Shown: in pieces, positions 1 to 21,533 of the stretch
Numbering within the stretch: the stretch's first letter is position 1
How the letters are laid out: each line of letters opens with the position of its first letter
DNA from: Zygnema circumcarinatum SAG 698-1b
Lineage: Eukaryota > Plantae > Zygnematophyceae
Assembly: GCA_037447605.1 (NCBI GenBank)
Contig: CM074811.1
Location: 1,116,001-1,180,000 of the forward strand
Direction of reading: 5' to 3'
Length of the DNA: 64,000 nt
The notes under the pieces: model-generated
Seen by the model: the letters and a program-made list of their open reading frames with translations, nothing else
What the model was told of the DNA's origin: nothing
Database searches by the model: none
Made by a program: the position numbers and the translations under genes

Positions 1-201
1 TCATACTCCTCCTGCAAGGTTGTCCTTCATATCCTCCTGGCATATATAATATGCATTTGTGCAAGAAAAAGGTAATATATGCAGACTTTCTGATCATAGA
101 ATAAGACGCTTGATCTTAACAAGTCAAAAGGAGCCATAACATGCTAACGTGCATGATGTGAATGCCATCAGATCAATTAACAAAGTACGGGGTGAGTGCA
201 G

Positions 202-3200
202 GTAGAAGAGGGCAACCCCAATGTCGTATGGAGTGCCGGTGAAGATGGGACACTTCGCCAGCACGACTTGCGGCAGGAGGGATGTGGCGGGGAAGATTCA
301 AGATGCCGTAGTATATTAGTAAGCTGCCTTCCTCCTGGATTGGACCTCCAGCTTACCAACACAAAACACTAATGTTAAGATACCTTAATTATAATCAATT
401 AATTATTAATATAACCTGTTAATCTTTAGGTCTCATCGATTATGTTAAGTATAGCAGCCATTTCGCTGACGATGGAATTATGTGACCCGTATCCACCCAG
501 TTTCAACCTATGACCAACACTTGTCTTCGTGTGACAGCTCGATTTGCGAGGAGCAGCAAAGCGATCATTGGTTGATGCCCCTCGACAGTGTTTAGCACTC
601 AAAACATGTGCGATCAGTCCTACGTACCCATACTACTTGCTGGTCGGAGGAAGGTACTCTCCAGCCCTGTAACTGTACCTATAGTAACTCCAGATTTGTG
701 CTATGGAAACGGACGAGCCCTCCCTATGCTGCACGCTGTTTTGGACAAGAAGAGTGAATGCCCCATTGTATGAATGCCTTCTCTTCCAGCGACCCCTTTG
801 CTCGCCTTTACGATCGACGCATGCTGCCCAGCCCATCTTCTGTGAGACGTCAGCCCGCAGAGAAGCCCCCCCTCCCCGTTTGTTATCTTGCACCGGCTCA
901 TCTATCGGAGAGTGTGAGTCCCTCACTCAACCATTCCCTTTTGATATTGTCAATTTGCCCGTCTATTATCACATTGTGGGTATCGGCCAATCTGCATCGC
1001 CTATGGCTGTTTTTGGTCACCCATTCCCATAGGAGGTCGTACATTTAACATAGGCAGAGGGGCAATCGTTTACAGACCCGGACTTGGTTACATCTCACAC
1101 ACGTGACGTTCAGTCCCGACGGCCGAGAGGCTCTTTTGAGTTACAGTAATGAGCACGTCTACCTCATGGATGCTTTTGCAGGTACGATTGTGCAGTCTCT
1201 CTTTCGTTAAGGCAATAGCCACAACTCATTTTGAATGTGTGGTGATAAGGATAGTAACGAGATGACCAAATGGTCTACCTTCCTTCCCTTTCCAGTTCCA
1301 TTGGTCGTGTCTTTTCTCTTCTGTGCGTAATTAGCTGTTATTCGAGTTTTGCAATCTGGGCGTTTCTCATCCATACAGCTATTGACTCCTCGCTGTTACA
1401 AGAAACTTTCTGTGCAGGTAGTGGTGGTGCGGTAGTGTACCGTGGCGATGAGCTGTCCCAGAGAGTGATGTTGCCTCCACTTCCGGAACAGGAGCATGAG
1501 AGGAGTTTCTTCATATCCAGCGGTAGCAGCAGCAGCAGTAGTACAAATCGCAGAAAGTGGGCCTATCAGCAGGAATGTGAGGAGCTTCTGAGTGAGGCGA
1601 AGGCAGGCTTGGAGGATGGTTCAGCCGGAAGTTTAGCTCATGCCATAGAATGTTGTGGGGAGGTTTTGGATGGTCGCCCAAGAGGATATGTAATTGAGCA
1701 AAAGCTGCGACATGAGTGTCTGTGCGTTCGTGCGGCCGCGCTAGTGCAGGTGAGCCCTTCCATCAGAAGGCATGAGAGAGAGAGAGAGAGAGAAAGAGAT
1801 AGAGAGAGAGTGTAACTGCAAGCACCTCATGCTTAGGTCATTTACAATATCATGCGTTACTATCATCGTCAATGCGTGCCAATGCGTTTGTAAGCACTGG
1901 TGATATTACTTGTGCATCATTAAGGCCAAATTCACAGCCTTACCCAGGTCTAGCAGAGGGTTAGATCTGTCTTGCTCCTTTTGGGGTACCCATTTAGATG
2001 CAAGGATAGCTTATCGTATGTTGAAGATTGCGGCCTTCGGAAGGGAGTTCGGCAGCATATTGATGACAGGGGTGATAGTGGGAGACTGCAGAGAGGGTGG
2101 AAGAGTGACGCGAGCATGGCCATTAGAGACTGCAATGAGGCGCGGCAAATGCATCCTTCTTCTGCTCGAGCGCACCATATCATGGCTGAAGCCCTCTCAC
2201 AAGTGAGGAACATGTAGCACCCAATCTCTGTGTTTCATTAAACGTTTTCACAACGCGTTTCCCTTTGCTGGGGAATGCCTTACTGATGCTTCCCCTCCGC
2301 CAAGCCCCTCTTTCCCCTTCGTCCTTCCTTTCACTTCCTTTTCTTCCCCTTCCTCTGCCTCTACCCGTCACCTTCCCTCCCTATATGTTCTGAAGACCTG
2401 CTGCCCCGCCCCCCCCTCCCCTTCCCCTTTTTCTCTGCTCTCTTGTTTGTTAATAACAGAATTGGGGCTGTGTGTGATATTGCAGACAGGAAAGGACAGC
2501 ATTGCAGTCCTATTTGCTGAGAGAGCTCTCCAGCTTGTTCCGGATAATTTGGAGTATTCAGTACTTGTCCAGAAACTGCGGGAAAAGATGGCATTAGGTA
2601 CACATCTTTCCATAGTGCATTCTGTGCTGTTCAAACCTTATTCGTAAACGATAGACTGCTATCTAAAGCACGGGCTGTAGTCTTAAGTCACATTGAAGGA
2701 CTACTGGGCGCTACCATCTGATCATATGGATGTGGTCAGGTAGTTGTACAATGTAAAATTCTTCTATTCTTCTTCTGTACTTTGGAAGAGACCGCTCCTC
2801 CGGTCAGTCTTTAGAGCTGGCTAATCGCCTATTCAGACTGAACGCCGTGAAGTTTGACCTCAAAACTAAGTACGGAGTGATGGATGAATGTGATATCCTC
2901 CTTGTGGTTGCAGAAAGTCACATTAATGGAAACGATGGCAGGGCTACAAGCAAGGAGCGGAGGAGGGGACGAATCTATAGCATCACCAGCTTTGTGAGGG
3001 CCCACATGTCTCGTGAAGCTCACTTACCTCAGCCTGAGACATCAAGAACAGAGTGGGATGAAGAATCCATGGAGGAGGCGGAAAGAGATGAAGGAGAGGA
3101 TGAGAATGGAAGAGAAAGCCATGGAGACTATGAAAGCGAAATCCGGTTGGAGGTGGAAGCTTCACCGGTTGAAGCCCAAGAGGAGGAGAGGAGAGAGGGG

Positions 3201-4804
3201 CCGAATGCAGGACGAGAGGAGAGTCCCATTGGGTTGAGATTGCGATGGCGACAAGTGGAGAGTGATGGCTCTGAGCAGGAGGCTATCGGGGCAGGAGGTG
3301 GTAGTAGTAGTAGCAGCGATTCTGCAGCAGCAGCAGCAGCAGCAGTAAGTTTCTGAAGCTGAATCTCCGTCTCTCTTTGAATGTTTGACTTCATCATTGA
3401 TATGTTTGAAAGTCTACTGTGCAACAATGTGTTGCTGTCCGACTTGTGGAGCTCCTCCTTCAATTTTTCATTTGTGAGATAGGCCGAAAGGGTTGCAGGT
3501 TGAGAGGGCTGTTGATATGCGGCAACGTTTTGTTGGGCACTGCAATACGGGCACAGACATCAAACAGGCGAGCTTTCTGGGTGAGAGTGATGAATGACAT
3601 CTTCAACTGAATGTAATATTGTCAGCATTGTGAGGGCCTCTGAAACAAATGAAAGACCTTGCGACTCAAATGATGAGTGACCGGTAGTTTATATACTTTT
3701 ACCTCTCCATTTTCCAAGGTCCAAGTAACTTACTTGTAGTACGTTACTTTCACAGGAGGAGACTTCATTGCTAGCGGCAGTGACGATGGGAGGTGTTTCA
3801 TTTGGGAGAAACGAACAGCGCGGTTAGTGAAGATGCTGGCAGGAGATGAACATGGTGAGTTCAATCTACATTCTGTAGAGTTTTTGCGTCTTGACAGAGT
3901 TTCCAAGGGTACTTGTAAGGTTTCTGGGTGTCCTTCCCTGGAAATGAGACACTGCCATGCAAAGTACGAGACATGCTGTTTGCTCAACAAAACAAGCTTT
4001 GGTGATGCCTTTGTTCTTTCATTGTGAGCAGTCGTTAATTGTGTACAATGCCACCCGTTCGACTGTACTATCGCTACAAGCGGAATTGACGACACGATCA
4101 AGGTATGCTCCATCCTCTTCGCAATCGAAGTGCCTGTCTCGCTGTCAGTCGATTAGCTTAAATCAAACTGAAATTGGGCCGAAATCGTTTATCATTGAAG
4201 TGAAGTGGTTTTACCTATACAGGTGAGGGCTTCTATTCATATTGAAATTGAACAAAAATCGTGTAGTAGAGAAGCTATGTAGTATTCTACCCTTGGTTTC
4301 TATTGGAAAAATAAGGGTATATCACAGTCTCAGTGTGCTTAACAGAAATTGAAACGAAAGCATAGGAGTAATACGGACATATAGTGTTGACATTGTTCCT
4401 CATGCAGCTTTGGAGCCCTCGAGCAGAAGTCCCGTCTCCAGTAGCAGCAGGACCTGCAGGCCCCGAGACAGGGGACACAGTGAGAGTGATGGCAGACAAT
4501 CAGCTCCGAATGAGACGACCTGGGGAGATAGGCCTGTAAGTTGCGCCCTCTCTGCTTTCACTGGGAAAAGGGATGGGGAGAGGAGAAGAGAGGGGCAGGG
4601 ACAGGGCAGGGCAGGGCAAGAGGCTAGGGAATTGGAATAGTAAAGCTGTGGAGAGAGGGAGAAAGAGGGGCCATTGGGTGTGAGAGAGTTAGAGCTGAAC
4701 GGAAGGGTTTGTAATATGTGTGCAGCCCCATGGAACTGCTTCAGCGGCTGCGTTTTCAGGAGGGCATGGAGGGAGGGCACCATGTTCAGTGCAACCAAAG
4801 CTGA
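202..4804 (+). CDS. WD40/TPR DCAF protein (ASG2/WDTC1-like), multi-exon, 5' part upstream of window
   Basis: Spliced exons read VEEGNPNVVWSAGEDGTLRQHDLR (202-318), LDLRGAAKRS...YLLVGGSDPFARLYDRRML, LHLTHVTFSPDGREALLSYSNEHVYLM, TPR-like RGWKSDASMAIRDCNEAR, DMRQRFVGHCNTGTDIKQASFLG, FIASGSDDGRCFIWEK, VVNCVQCHPFDCTIATSGIDDTIK, LWSP and a last exon (4726-4804) ending VQCNQS*. GT-AG boundaries. Motifs match my recollection of the plant ASG2/WDTC1 family. Confidence 0.92.
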
Positions 4805-5722
4805 GGCCTGCGGACCACTCTCATACGAGCTCAGTGGCTTCTCTCTCTCTCTCTCTCTCTTCCTCCACATAATAAAGGTTGTTCAATGGCTGCCAGACCA
4901 ACTAACAGCCCATCTCAAACTTTTGAAGCTCAGTCGAGGGCTCTCGCTAGGGCCTCGTTTTGCCTCATGTAATTTGCTGTTTTGGCAAATGTCGCTTGGC
5001 ACCACTCCCCAGTTTGAACATAGCTGTGTACAGTAAAGAGATAAGGTGTAGGTGTCCGAGCTCTCCCTCCCGCCCCCTCTTGTCTAGCAGAGATGTGTAC
5101 ATGCCTGATCTCCGTGCTGATGGGGAGCACCCTGTTGTAGGGAGCAGTGTTTTGGGCCAATCATTGGGCGGCTTGTCTTCCAGAAACTATAGATTTCAGT
5201 TTGTACTACACGTGATTTGGTGCTACACGAAGAAGAGGATACAGAATATCGCCGATTATTGCCCATGGAGTTGCTCGTTTGTGAAGCCAATGTTGACCAA
5301 TGCTGGTGTTTGTGCGTGAACTCATGAATGGTGCATGGACTCATCGACATGAGAGTTGGAAGTAGAACAAGGATTCACTGGCAGGGATTTCTCACCCCCC
5401 CTTCTCCCAATTCGAACCGTACGGCAGATCTACCACAGCGTTGTGGAGCCAGCCACGAGGGTCCCCAGATACGCGCACATCCTAGCTGCCATTGTGGGAA
5501 TTATCTCCCAGTTGTAATACGAGCACAGGGGAGAGCCGGCCTACTGCCAACTTCGTGTAAGAAACCAAGACTTTTTCCGAATGTAAAGGCATTGTACGGC
5601 ACCAACGGAAAGCTGCCAACTGGCGAACTGGGGCTGTCCGTGGAAGCATACGGCTCCCATGACGTCATCAAAGGACGTACGAGAGTCCGAGCAGCCCAGC
5701 TAGGGATGGACATTAGAACGCA

Positions 5723-5796
5723 GTGTCGTGTAGTGTCGTGTCGTGTCGTGTCGTGTCGTGTCGTGTCGTGTCGTGTCGTGTCGTGTCGTGTCGTGT
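5723..5796. repeat. (GTGTC)n pentanucleotide microsatellite
   Basis: About 14 tandem GTGTC units read directly. Confidence 0.95.
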
Positions 5797-5839
5797 ATTG
5801 TATTAGAATTCCAAAAAAAAATTCTAAGAAAAAATTCTC

Positions 5840-6136
5840 GGGCTGCGTTGTTGAGCCTAGGCGTAGTTTTCCGCTCATAGCTTTTTTCTTCTGTGCTTAG
5901 GTCCATTGCGACCAGTTGGTTCCTCGTCGTTTCCAATGCTCATTTTGTCCATGTACATTTGATGGCATCATCAAATGTGACATATTTCAACTTATCTTAT
6001 CTTATTTTATCTTTTTCATTTTTTTATTTCATCTTTCATGTGGCATTGATCTCACGATGGCGATGATGCCATCAAATGTGCATGGACAAAAGCAGCATGG
6101 GGTTACGAGGAACTAGCTGGGTGCAATGGACCTAAG
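5840..6136. repeat. Foldback (inverted-arm) dispersed repeat, copy 1
   Basis: 5896-5972 (CTTAGGTCCATTGC...GTACATTTGATGGCATCATC) is inverted at about 6062-6136. The same sequence family recurs at about 40290-40715 and 57980-58135. Confidence 0.8.
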
Positions 6137-6429
6137 AGTCGTGCTGTTTTATAAAACACTTTTAGAACCTCCGTACAACAGTATGGCCATACGGTCGTAC
6201 GGAAACCTCTCTGACGGGCCATCGCCACATTCGCCGACCGAACGACCGTACGTTTTCATTCAACTTCAACAGCCGGACGGCCATTCTAAAAGTGTTCTAA
6301 AACTCTGAAACTCTTAGATATTAAACCGTTCCTAATTCTGAAATCTAAATCTCCAAAAGTTCCCTTGTAAGGACTTTTTGCCATCCCTTGCCCCAGCTCG
6401 CACTAGTCCGTACGTCGTAGAATACTTTC

Positions 6430-6683
6430 CACGTGGCATCTTATGACTTGTTGCCGACAAACGACGTAGGGGACGGTCCACTCACCGACCTGCACGTGGC
6501 AGAAACATGTCGTTTATGAGGCCAATGAGCCCTTGTCGTCACATGCCTCAACCGCGTCGCGCCGATTGGCTGGCGGCCACGTCGCAAGATCCGCGGTGAT
6601 CCTGAGCCGTCGATGACACGTGAGCAAAATTTTGGCCGTAAGCGTTTCTAGCTCCTACTTCGTGGCCGTCCATCACACACGTG
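6430..6683 (+). promoter_or_regulatory. G-box/ABRE-like cluster upstream of the P-type ATPase
   Basis: CACGTG at 6430, 6493, 6617 and 6678, two of them in CACGTGGC context, 230-480 bp upstream of the ATG at 6913. Confidence 0.5.
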
Positions 6684-6912
6684 CAAAATATCTCGACCGT
6701 CCGATCCTTCGGAAGGAGAGTGAGCAACATTATGAGCGCCCTTGCTCGCTGCGCACTCTACCTTCCACCTTGTGATGCACGTCCTGCTCTTGTCGCGTCT
6801 GCTGTAGGGGAGGGAGGGAGGGAGGGAGGGAGGGAGGGAGGGAGGGAGGGAGGGAGGGAGGGAGGGAGGTGAGTAGGGGGAGAGGGGGGAGGGAGGGCGG
6901 GAGTGGGAGGTG

Positions 6913-15158
<8,246 letters not shown>

Positions 15159-15784
15159 GAGTGTTCCAAAAAGTCGCGTGCGAGTGAGGAAAAATAGGGC
15201 TTGGTATTTATTTCCAGCAGATAAATAGCTGTGGAAGCGAAATTTCACGCTTTAGGTCCACATTGTACACAGTCCCCCCGTGTATATAATTTACAATTTT
15301 GGGCCTCGACCTTGAATTTTAGGACTTTAGAATGTTAGGGCTTTAGTTAGCATTGTGATTATTCTGTTGAACATTAAGTCCAGCTATGAGAAAATTATAC
15401 CATTTTAAGGGCAGTAGCAGTCAAGAACTAGTTTAACTGTCGTCCTGTAAAGCGCAGTTCCTGTTCTCTTCTCCATTCTTTTACAAAACGGTGCAGTTTT
15501 GCGACTTTTTTTCTGTTTGCAAGAAATGCGTAACAGCCCAAAGGGGAAGCGGCGAAGTATTGTACACATTGTGCCACACGGCCTTATATGTTAAGAATAC
15601 GTGTACTCCCTAAAAAATAAGCCGTTCTGCTTCTTTCAGTACCTCCCTCTCCCTCTCCCTCTCCCAAAAACGTGATAGTATCTCGACTTTTCTTCCTAAG
15701 GCTGAGCATGAATCTGCATGGTAGGGTTGGCAGCACGGGTTACTCTTTAAGCGCCGCGCGAAGGAGCCCCGGAACAATCCTTCA

Positions 15785-18700
15785 TTAACTTAACCCAATG
15801 AGTCGAAAAATCGTGGAAGCCTTCTCCTTCAAAGAATCGGTGATCACCCCTTTCTCGGCTGCAATTGGAAAAAAAGCGCTTGGGCCTCCCAATGTGTTGA
15901 CGGATTCCTTCAAGTGATTCCTTAAGTATCTTCCCATTTGCTTGATAACCCTCTCCTGTTCTTTCATAAGCCTCTCCAGGGCAATCAGACGGGATTCAGA
16001 CATATGGAAACGGAGTTTCCAGGTATCATCGCGGCCCTGCTTTAGAAGGAGAAAAAAAACATTCAAACAGTGTTATTGCTTGCTTTGCACCACCTATTCC
16101 TCCAGACTATTTCAATAAGATCACACAAAGGAAACTTACAGGGACCAGCTTTTCAATAAGGCCGCGATGTGTAGAACCATCACATGGGATGTTATCTGAA
16201 GAGAAAATGTGAAATGTTCTCTCACCGTGAGCTGTAAGGAGGAGAGCAGTTGGTGAAGCCTTTCTTTTTCCTCCCTCTCCAAAGACACAGCATCCTTTAA
16301 GCTCGCAATTTCACCCAACAGTTTTTGAACTCCGTTCGGAAGAGGATCTTGCAAGTTGGTGATATTCTGAAGAGATCGATCTGAGTGAAAAAAACAAAAA
16401 AATGTAGAAAGGAAAATGAAAACGCAATTCTTCTTGATTGAGCAAACGACGAGAATAATGTGTGAGCAAGCTTACCTCTCAATTGAGCATTCTCAAGTTG
16501 AAGTCGTTTAACCTCCTTGGAAAGCACGGCTATATCTTCGACTGCATCTTCATTCACAACGGCGTTATTGTGAATAAGCTTCGCCCTTTGAGCGAATCTG
16601 AGTGTCGATAAAGTTTCGTCAATGGCTCTCTCCGCCGGGCTAATGTTTGCAATGAGAGTGCATTTGGAGTTGCCTCCAAGAGCGTCCTGAAAGAAGTGAA
16701 TGAAGACAGGAGAATGAGTCCTTCACGTTAACCTGTTTATATTCAGATGATCCATTTCCAGAACCAAAGAACAAGATCACAAGGAACAATTTGCATCACT
16801 GCATGTTTTGATGCAGATTTCTCCTCTACAGTACCCTTACATCTTAACATATTCACAAGTTTTTTTTTCAAATTTTATCAAAGTCGAAGCTCTAAAGGGC
16901 TCTGATTCCGGATCAAAGAATTCATCTTACTTTGAGAAGAAATGTCAGTTTGGAATCCCGATAAGGGACATGGCTTGCCCTCCGGTCAGCACTGTCCACC
17001 AAAGCCTGCAAACATGAACGGGAAGAGGATCTCAGGTCGTTTATGAATTCAATGACTGTAAGGAGATAGTTTTATTCTTGAGTTCGAAATGCATTCGACT
17101 TTTCAGTATCCTCAGGTTTTCGAATTTTTGGGCGGCTAGCGGTTCTAGTGCGTGCAGGTATCGTGTTCGTATGTACAGTATGGTGGGAATGATGACGAGG
17201 TAGGTATCAAGATCCTAAAAACTGAATAATATGTATATTTGCGTCTGGTTTTTCTGAGGGACCGAACTAATCGATTGAAAAATCCTAACTAGAGCGAACC
17301 AATTTTGACTTTTAAGTGCTTGTACATCCTTTTTGTTTATCCTTTATCCTTTTTGTCAAGCCTTGACAGCTTTATTATTCTGAACACAGTCACAGCCACA
17401 ACTTATCAGTTTAAACGATGCAGATAGAGAATTGCATACTTTTGGTACTACTACCAATTACTACTTCTATTACTGTGAAATGCATAGCTCTACTTCAAAA
17501 ACCAGATGCAAGATACATACTTCTATATACCAACCACATACTAAACATAATTATTGCCAATGGTTAGTCACCTTAATGACATTCCCCAAGGCTGAGAGGG
17601 ACTTGTTGATGCTGCTCGCCTCCTTGAGCCGCACGCCCGCTGCCTCCGTCTGCTTCTGCCGCTCCGACCCCGCCAGGTCCACCAGGAAGAAGCGCGAAGC
17701 GCGGAAGTTCAAGTTGCCCGACGCATCTCTCCTCTGCATGCGCCAAAAAATGTGGAAGTCAGTCTCCCTTCCAGTCCAGTTCTAGCTTCCAATTCCAAGT
17801 GTTGCTTCAGATTGAGGACTGGCTTCAATATTCAACGAGGGATCGCAGGTCTAGGTCTGCCTAAGAATTCAGATTAGAGGCAACTGTCATACGCTAACGA
17901 GAAACATACAGCGTCAACACCAAATGCAAAAGCTGATGAGCCGCAGTCCATCCTCACTCGCCATCATTCACATAACCACAAGAAAGATGTCACAAATTTG
18001 TTTTGATCAACAGAGGTAGAGAACAAATGGAGAAAATTCAGAGAGGTTCATTCTAATAGTAGCGTCCCTACAACTCAAAACGGTCACACAAGTTAACATG
18101 TTGTTTTCATGCCTGAGAGTCAACATGTAAGTTAAAGACGCTGTGAGAGCGGCTGCTCCCTCCATTCATAGCCGTTGCAGCCACGGCCCTGTTCTGCGTG
18201 CCATGCTTAAAGACTGCATACGTCGCCTCTGCAGAGGGCAGCACTACCTCCAACGCACCCTCCACAAAGACGCCTGCTTCCGCATCCTCCCTGAGGGCTG
18301 AGCAGCAGTTTAGTCAAGGATGCATGCCTACCCTTACATGCCAAAGGTTAAGAGGTCTCTCTCCCACTACCCTCTTCATGTGAAAGTCACCTCTCTATAT
18401 TAAGAACTTGCATAGGTGTAGGATACTAAGGTTGTCCGCATGAGGCTCCAAGAGGTCTTGGACTTGCTCGTTATATATCTGCAACAAAAAAATTCCACGT
18501 ACTGCGTTAGTTTAAGAGATAGTCGAGTAGAGCTAGTATGTTTTAACATCGGAATACATGGAAAAAATCAGTAGCATGATGATAGCAATAAACAGTTTTC
18601 TGTATGTGGTGGACGAAGGTGCAGGAGGGAGCAAGACTAGGGAAGGGGGGGAGAGCGTGGGAGGGAGGGGAGGAGGGAGAGAGAGAGAGCGGGGAGGGGA

Positions 18701-20275
18701 GAGAGAGATTGGACGACGTTGCCTGCAGATAAGAGCATTTGATTGTAAAATCCATGTGATATGGATCCTGCACGGCAAGCAAACACGTGGATGTTAAAAA
18801 AATGGTCAGTTGAATCAATTCAAATCTGAACTCCTTCAGTCCCTTGTTTGATGTCACTGACTCTTGATGTTTGGAAATTATGCAAACTTTAAGCAGAGGA
18901 CTATTATGCGTGCTGTGATTCTGTCTTGGAGAGTCACGGTAACTAGTTTGTTTTGCATGCATGTACCTGACTTTTCTCTTCCTTCAAACGATCGAATATG
19001 TGATACAAAATTCGGGGAACCAACCCACGCTCATCGTTCCCTTGCTGTGGATCTTTCGATGTTTCGTCTCTCGGTTTATCGGCACCTTCGCAGCACATCC
19101 AAAAAAAGATCACAACACACAAATACATGATTTTTTTCGTCCAACGACAAACTCCTGTATCTTCAAAGCGTCATTCTATTGAAGGCAAACCTCCAAAAGT
19201 TTGCCAAACTTTGAATCGAATACCAAGTTTGTACTAAAAGTGCCAAGTCTGGTCTCAGAAGCGCAGAGAACCACAGAAGTTGTGAGCAACAATATTACAA
19301 TTGGCTCGTATAAAATATTTTCTATGAGATTAGGGAGGAAGAAAAATCACACCGAACTAAGGACGAGAACATAACTGTGGAAAAGGCAAGCGAAATCTGT
19401 TCAGAAATGAAGAATGCCCGTATGCGGATGTACCTTCCATTGTGAACGTCTTGCCTGCTCCAGTTTGACCTGCAATTGTCAGGATTCAAGCATAAGGCAT
19501 GACAAAGGATTAGATTGCAAGGATACGATTGGGTCAAGCAAAGTTTCATACATTCTGATCCATACTCCTTCAAATGAAACAGTAGTCACTTTCGAAAACT
19601 GTTGCATCGCCAACATAGGGAAGGAGAATTACAAGGTTTAATAAATCATAAGAAAAAGTTCACAAAAATTTAGTTGGATAATTGCAAGCGCGATCGTGTA
19701 TTTCAAGGAAGGGCCTTACCATATGCGAGGAGACAGCAATTGTAGCCTTGCAGGCAAGCTTCAGCAATTGGTTTCCCGACCACATAAAAGAACCTCTCCT
19801 GCAAAATGTTTGAAGTGTAAGATAACTGAATGTCTCTAGTCAATTTAAATTTATCTATCGGCCAGCTTTTTCCTATGCCAGTCTACGTCGATCTCCTCCC
19901 AGTGTGGCCTATTGTTTCGTATAAAGCAGCGGTAAGTATGAGAGTGAAATGAAATCATTAGATTTGGCAGCTATCTTGACTGGAGAATGGCGAATGCTGA
20001 ACTGATATCGATCTCGCATATCATAGGCATAGCTCAAATCAGGTTTCCTGGCATACCTGGCTGACATCTTCATCAGCAATGACGTCAAAGTTGAACACTT
20101 TAGGCTGCGGTAGTCTGTCCAAGGCAAGAGAGTTGGCAGCAAGATTAACCTGTCCACATTTCACGTATTCATTCTCAAGTTCTTTTTTGTTTGGTGGCCG
20201 TAATCTGACTACTACTTGCACATTGTTTCCTTCCAATGGAAAATTATTTTTCCCTTCCATCGGTTTCTCTGTCAT
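15785..20275 (-). CDS. Kinesin motor protein, kinesin-12/KIF15-like, with short coiled-coil tail
   Basis: Exons encode [10 protein letters not shown] (start 20275), [22 protein letters not shown] (P-loop), [33 protein letters not shown] (switch I), [11 protein letters not shown] (switch II), [58 protein letters not shown] and a coiled coil. Stop at 15785. The subfamily call is inferred from the neck motif. Confidence 0.9.
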
Positions 20276-21533
20276 CACTTCTTTGCTCTGACTTTCCCTC
20301 CTCTCTTCCCTTTCAGTTCGAAATGTTTTCCTCCCTCCCTTATCTTCCTCTCACTGCTTCTTTTTCTCCCGTTCCCCTCCCCTCTCTCTCCCTCTCCCTC
20401 TCCCTCCCTCTCGTCCTGTGTCCCTCTGCCCGCCCTCGCTCGCCGGCGGCAAAAGCGCGTTAATATTTGGCTCCAACGTCACATGCGTTTCCAGTAACGT
20501 CCCGTACAACGTTGGAACCACACACATGGAACCTTAACCGGCGGGTCAAAATTTGACCTAGATCCGACTGTTGGGCCATTCAGCCCCTCCCAAGCGTGAT
20601 GGTAGTGTGTGAGGGAGGGAGGGAGGGAGGGAGGGAGGGAGGGAACGAGGGCGCCATATTGATATTATGGGCAGTCTAAGGGAAATCTAAACGAGTCAAC
20701 GCATTGTCATTGAATGGTTGATTGATTGGGTTTACGATGGCGATGGTGAGAAATGTACAGGGTCAAAGACAACATGGGGAACCCCGAGGAACCAACCGGT
20801 CACAATTTGATATAGGAGCAAAAGAAAAGCTTTGAGCGGAACTCTGCTATGGTGTCATCCAAGGGGTAGGAGTAAGTGAGAAATCTGAAGTACCAGCGTG
20901 AAAATGTAATAAGTTTCCAGAAGTCGAATTAAAGCTACGAGCGGGATTCTGCAAGTGACTTGAAATCTAAAACGGTTGAGAGCCAAGAGTGGCCTGCGAT
21001 TGGCTAAGTTCAGCAGTCATACACAACAGTGTGTTATCGGTTAAGTTCTGAGGATCGAAAGCGCTCGTCCTTGGAAGTAAGGGCACGGAGGAAGGGGAGG
21101 AGAATTGAGAGTACATCAACAGCCTATGGTTGATTGGAGAAGCAAATCGCTAACCCATACTCATAGTGGTCATCGGTGCCATGTTGGCAATCAATAGCAT
21201 ACCAAGAGGCAATACATGTGAAGAAGAAAAGCCGTATCAACATCAGCATTTGGACATTATTGCGTGCCAAGTGATCCGGACCCAAGGCCGCTTTGCTATT
21301 GAAATATTTTCAATGGAGAAAGTGGACACATTCATCACAACCTTTTTGAGCCAATTGAACCATTCGATATGTTGAACTTCGTTAAGGCCTTAAATCTCAT
21401 TGTGTATTATTGGGCTTCATGACGACATTATCCACGGCTTATCCAAAAACAACCATGAAACAGATGTTGTAAGTCCAGCCACAAGGTCAAAAAGGGGATC
21501 TATCTCTACTTTTGAGCCGCATTTTCGGGAAAG

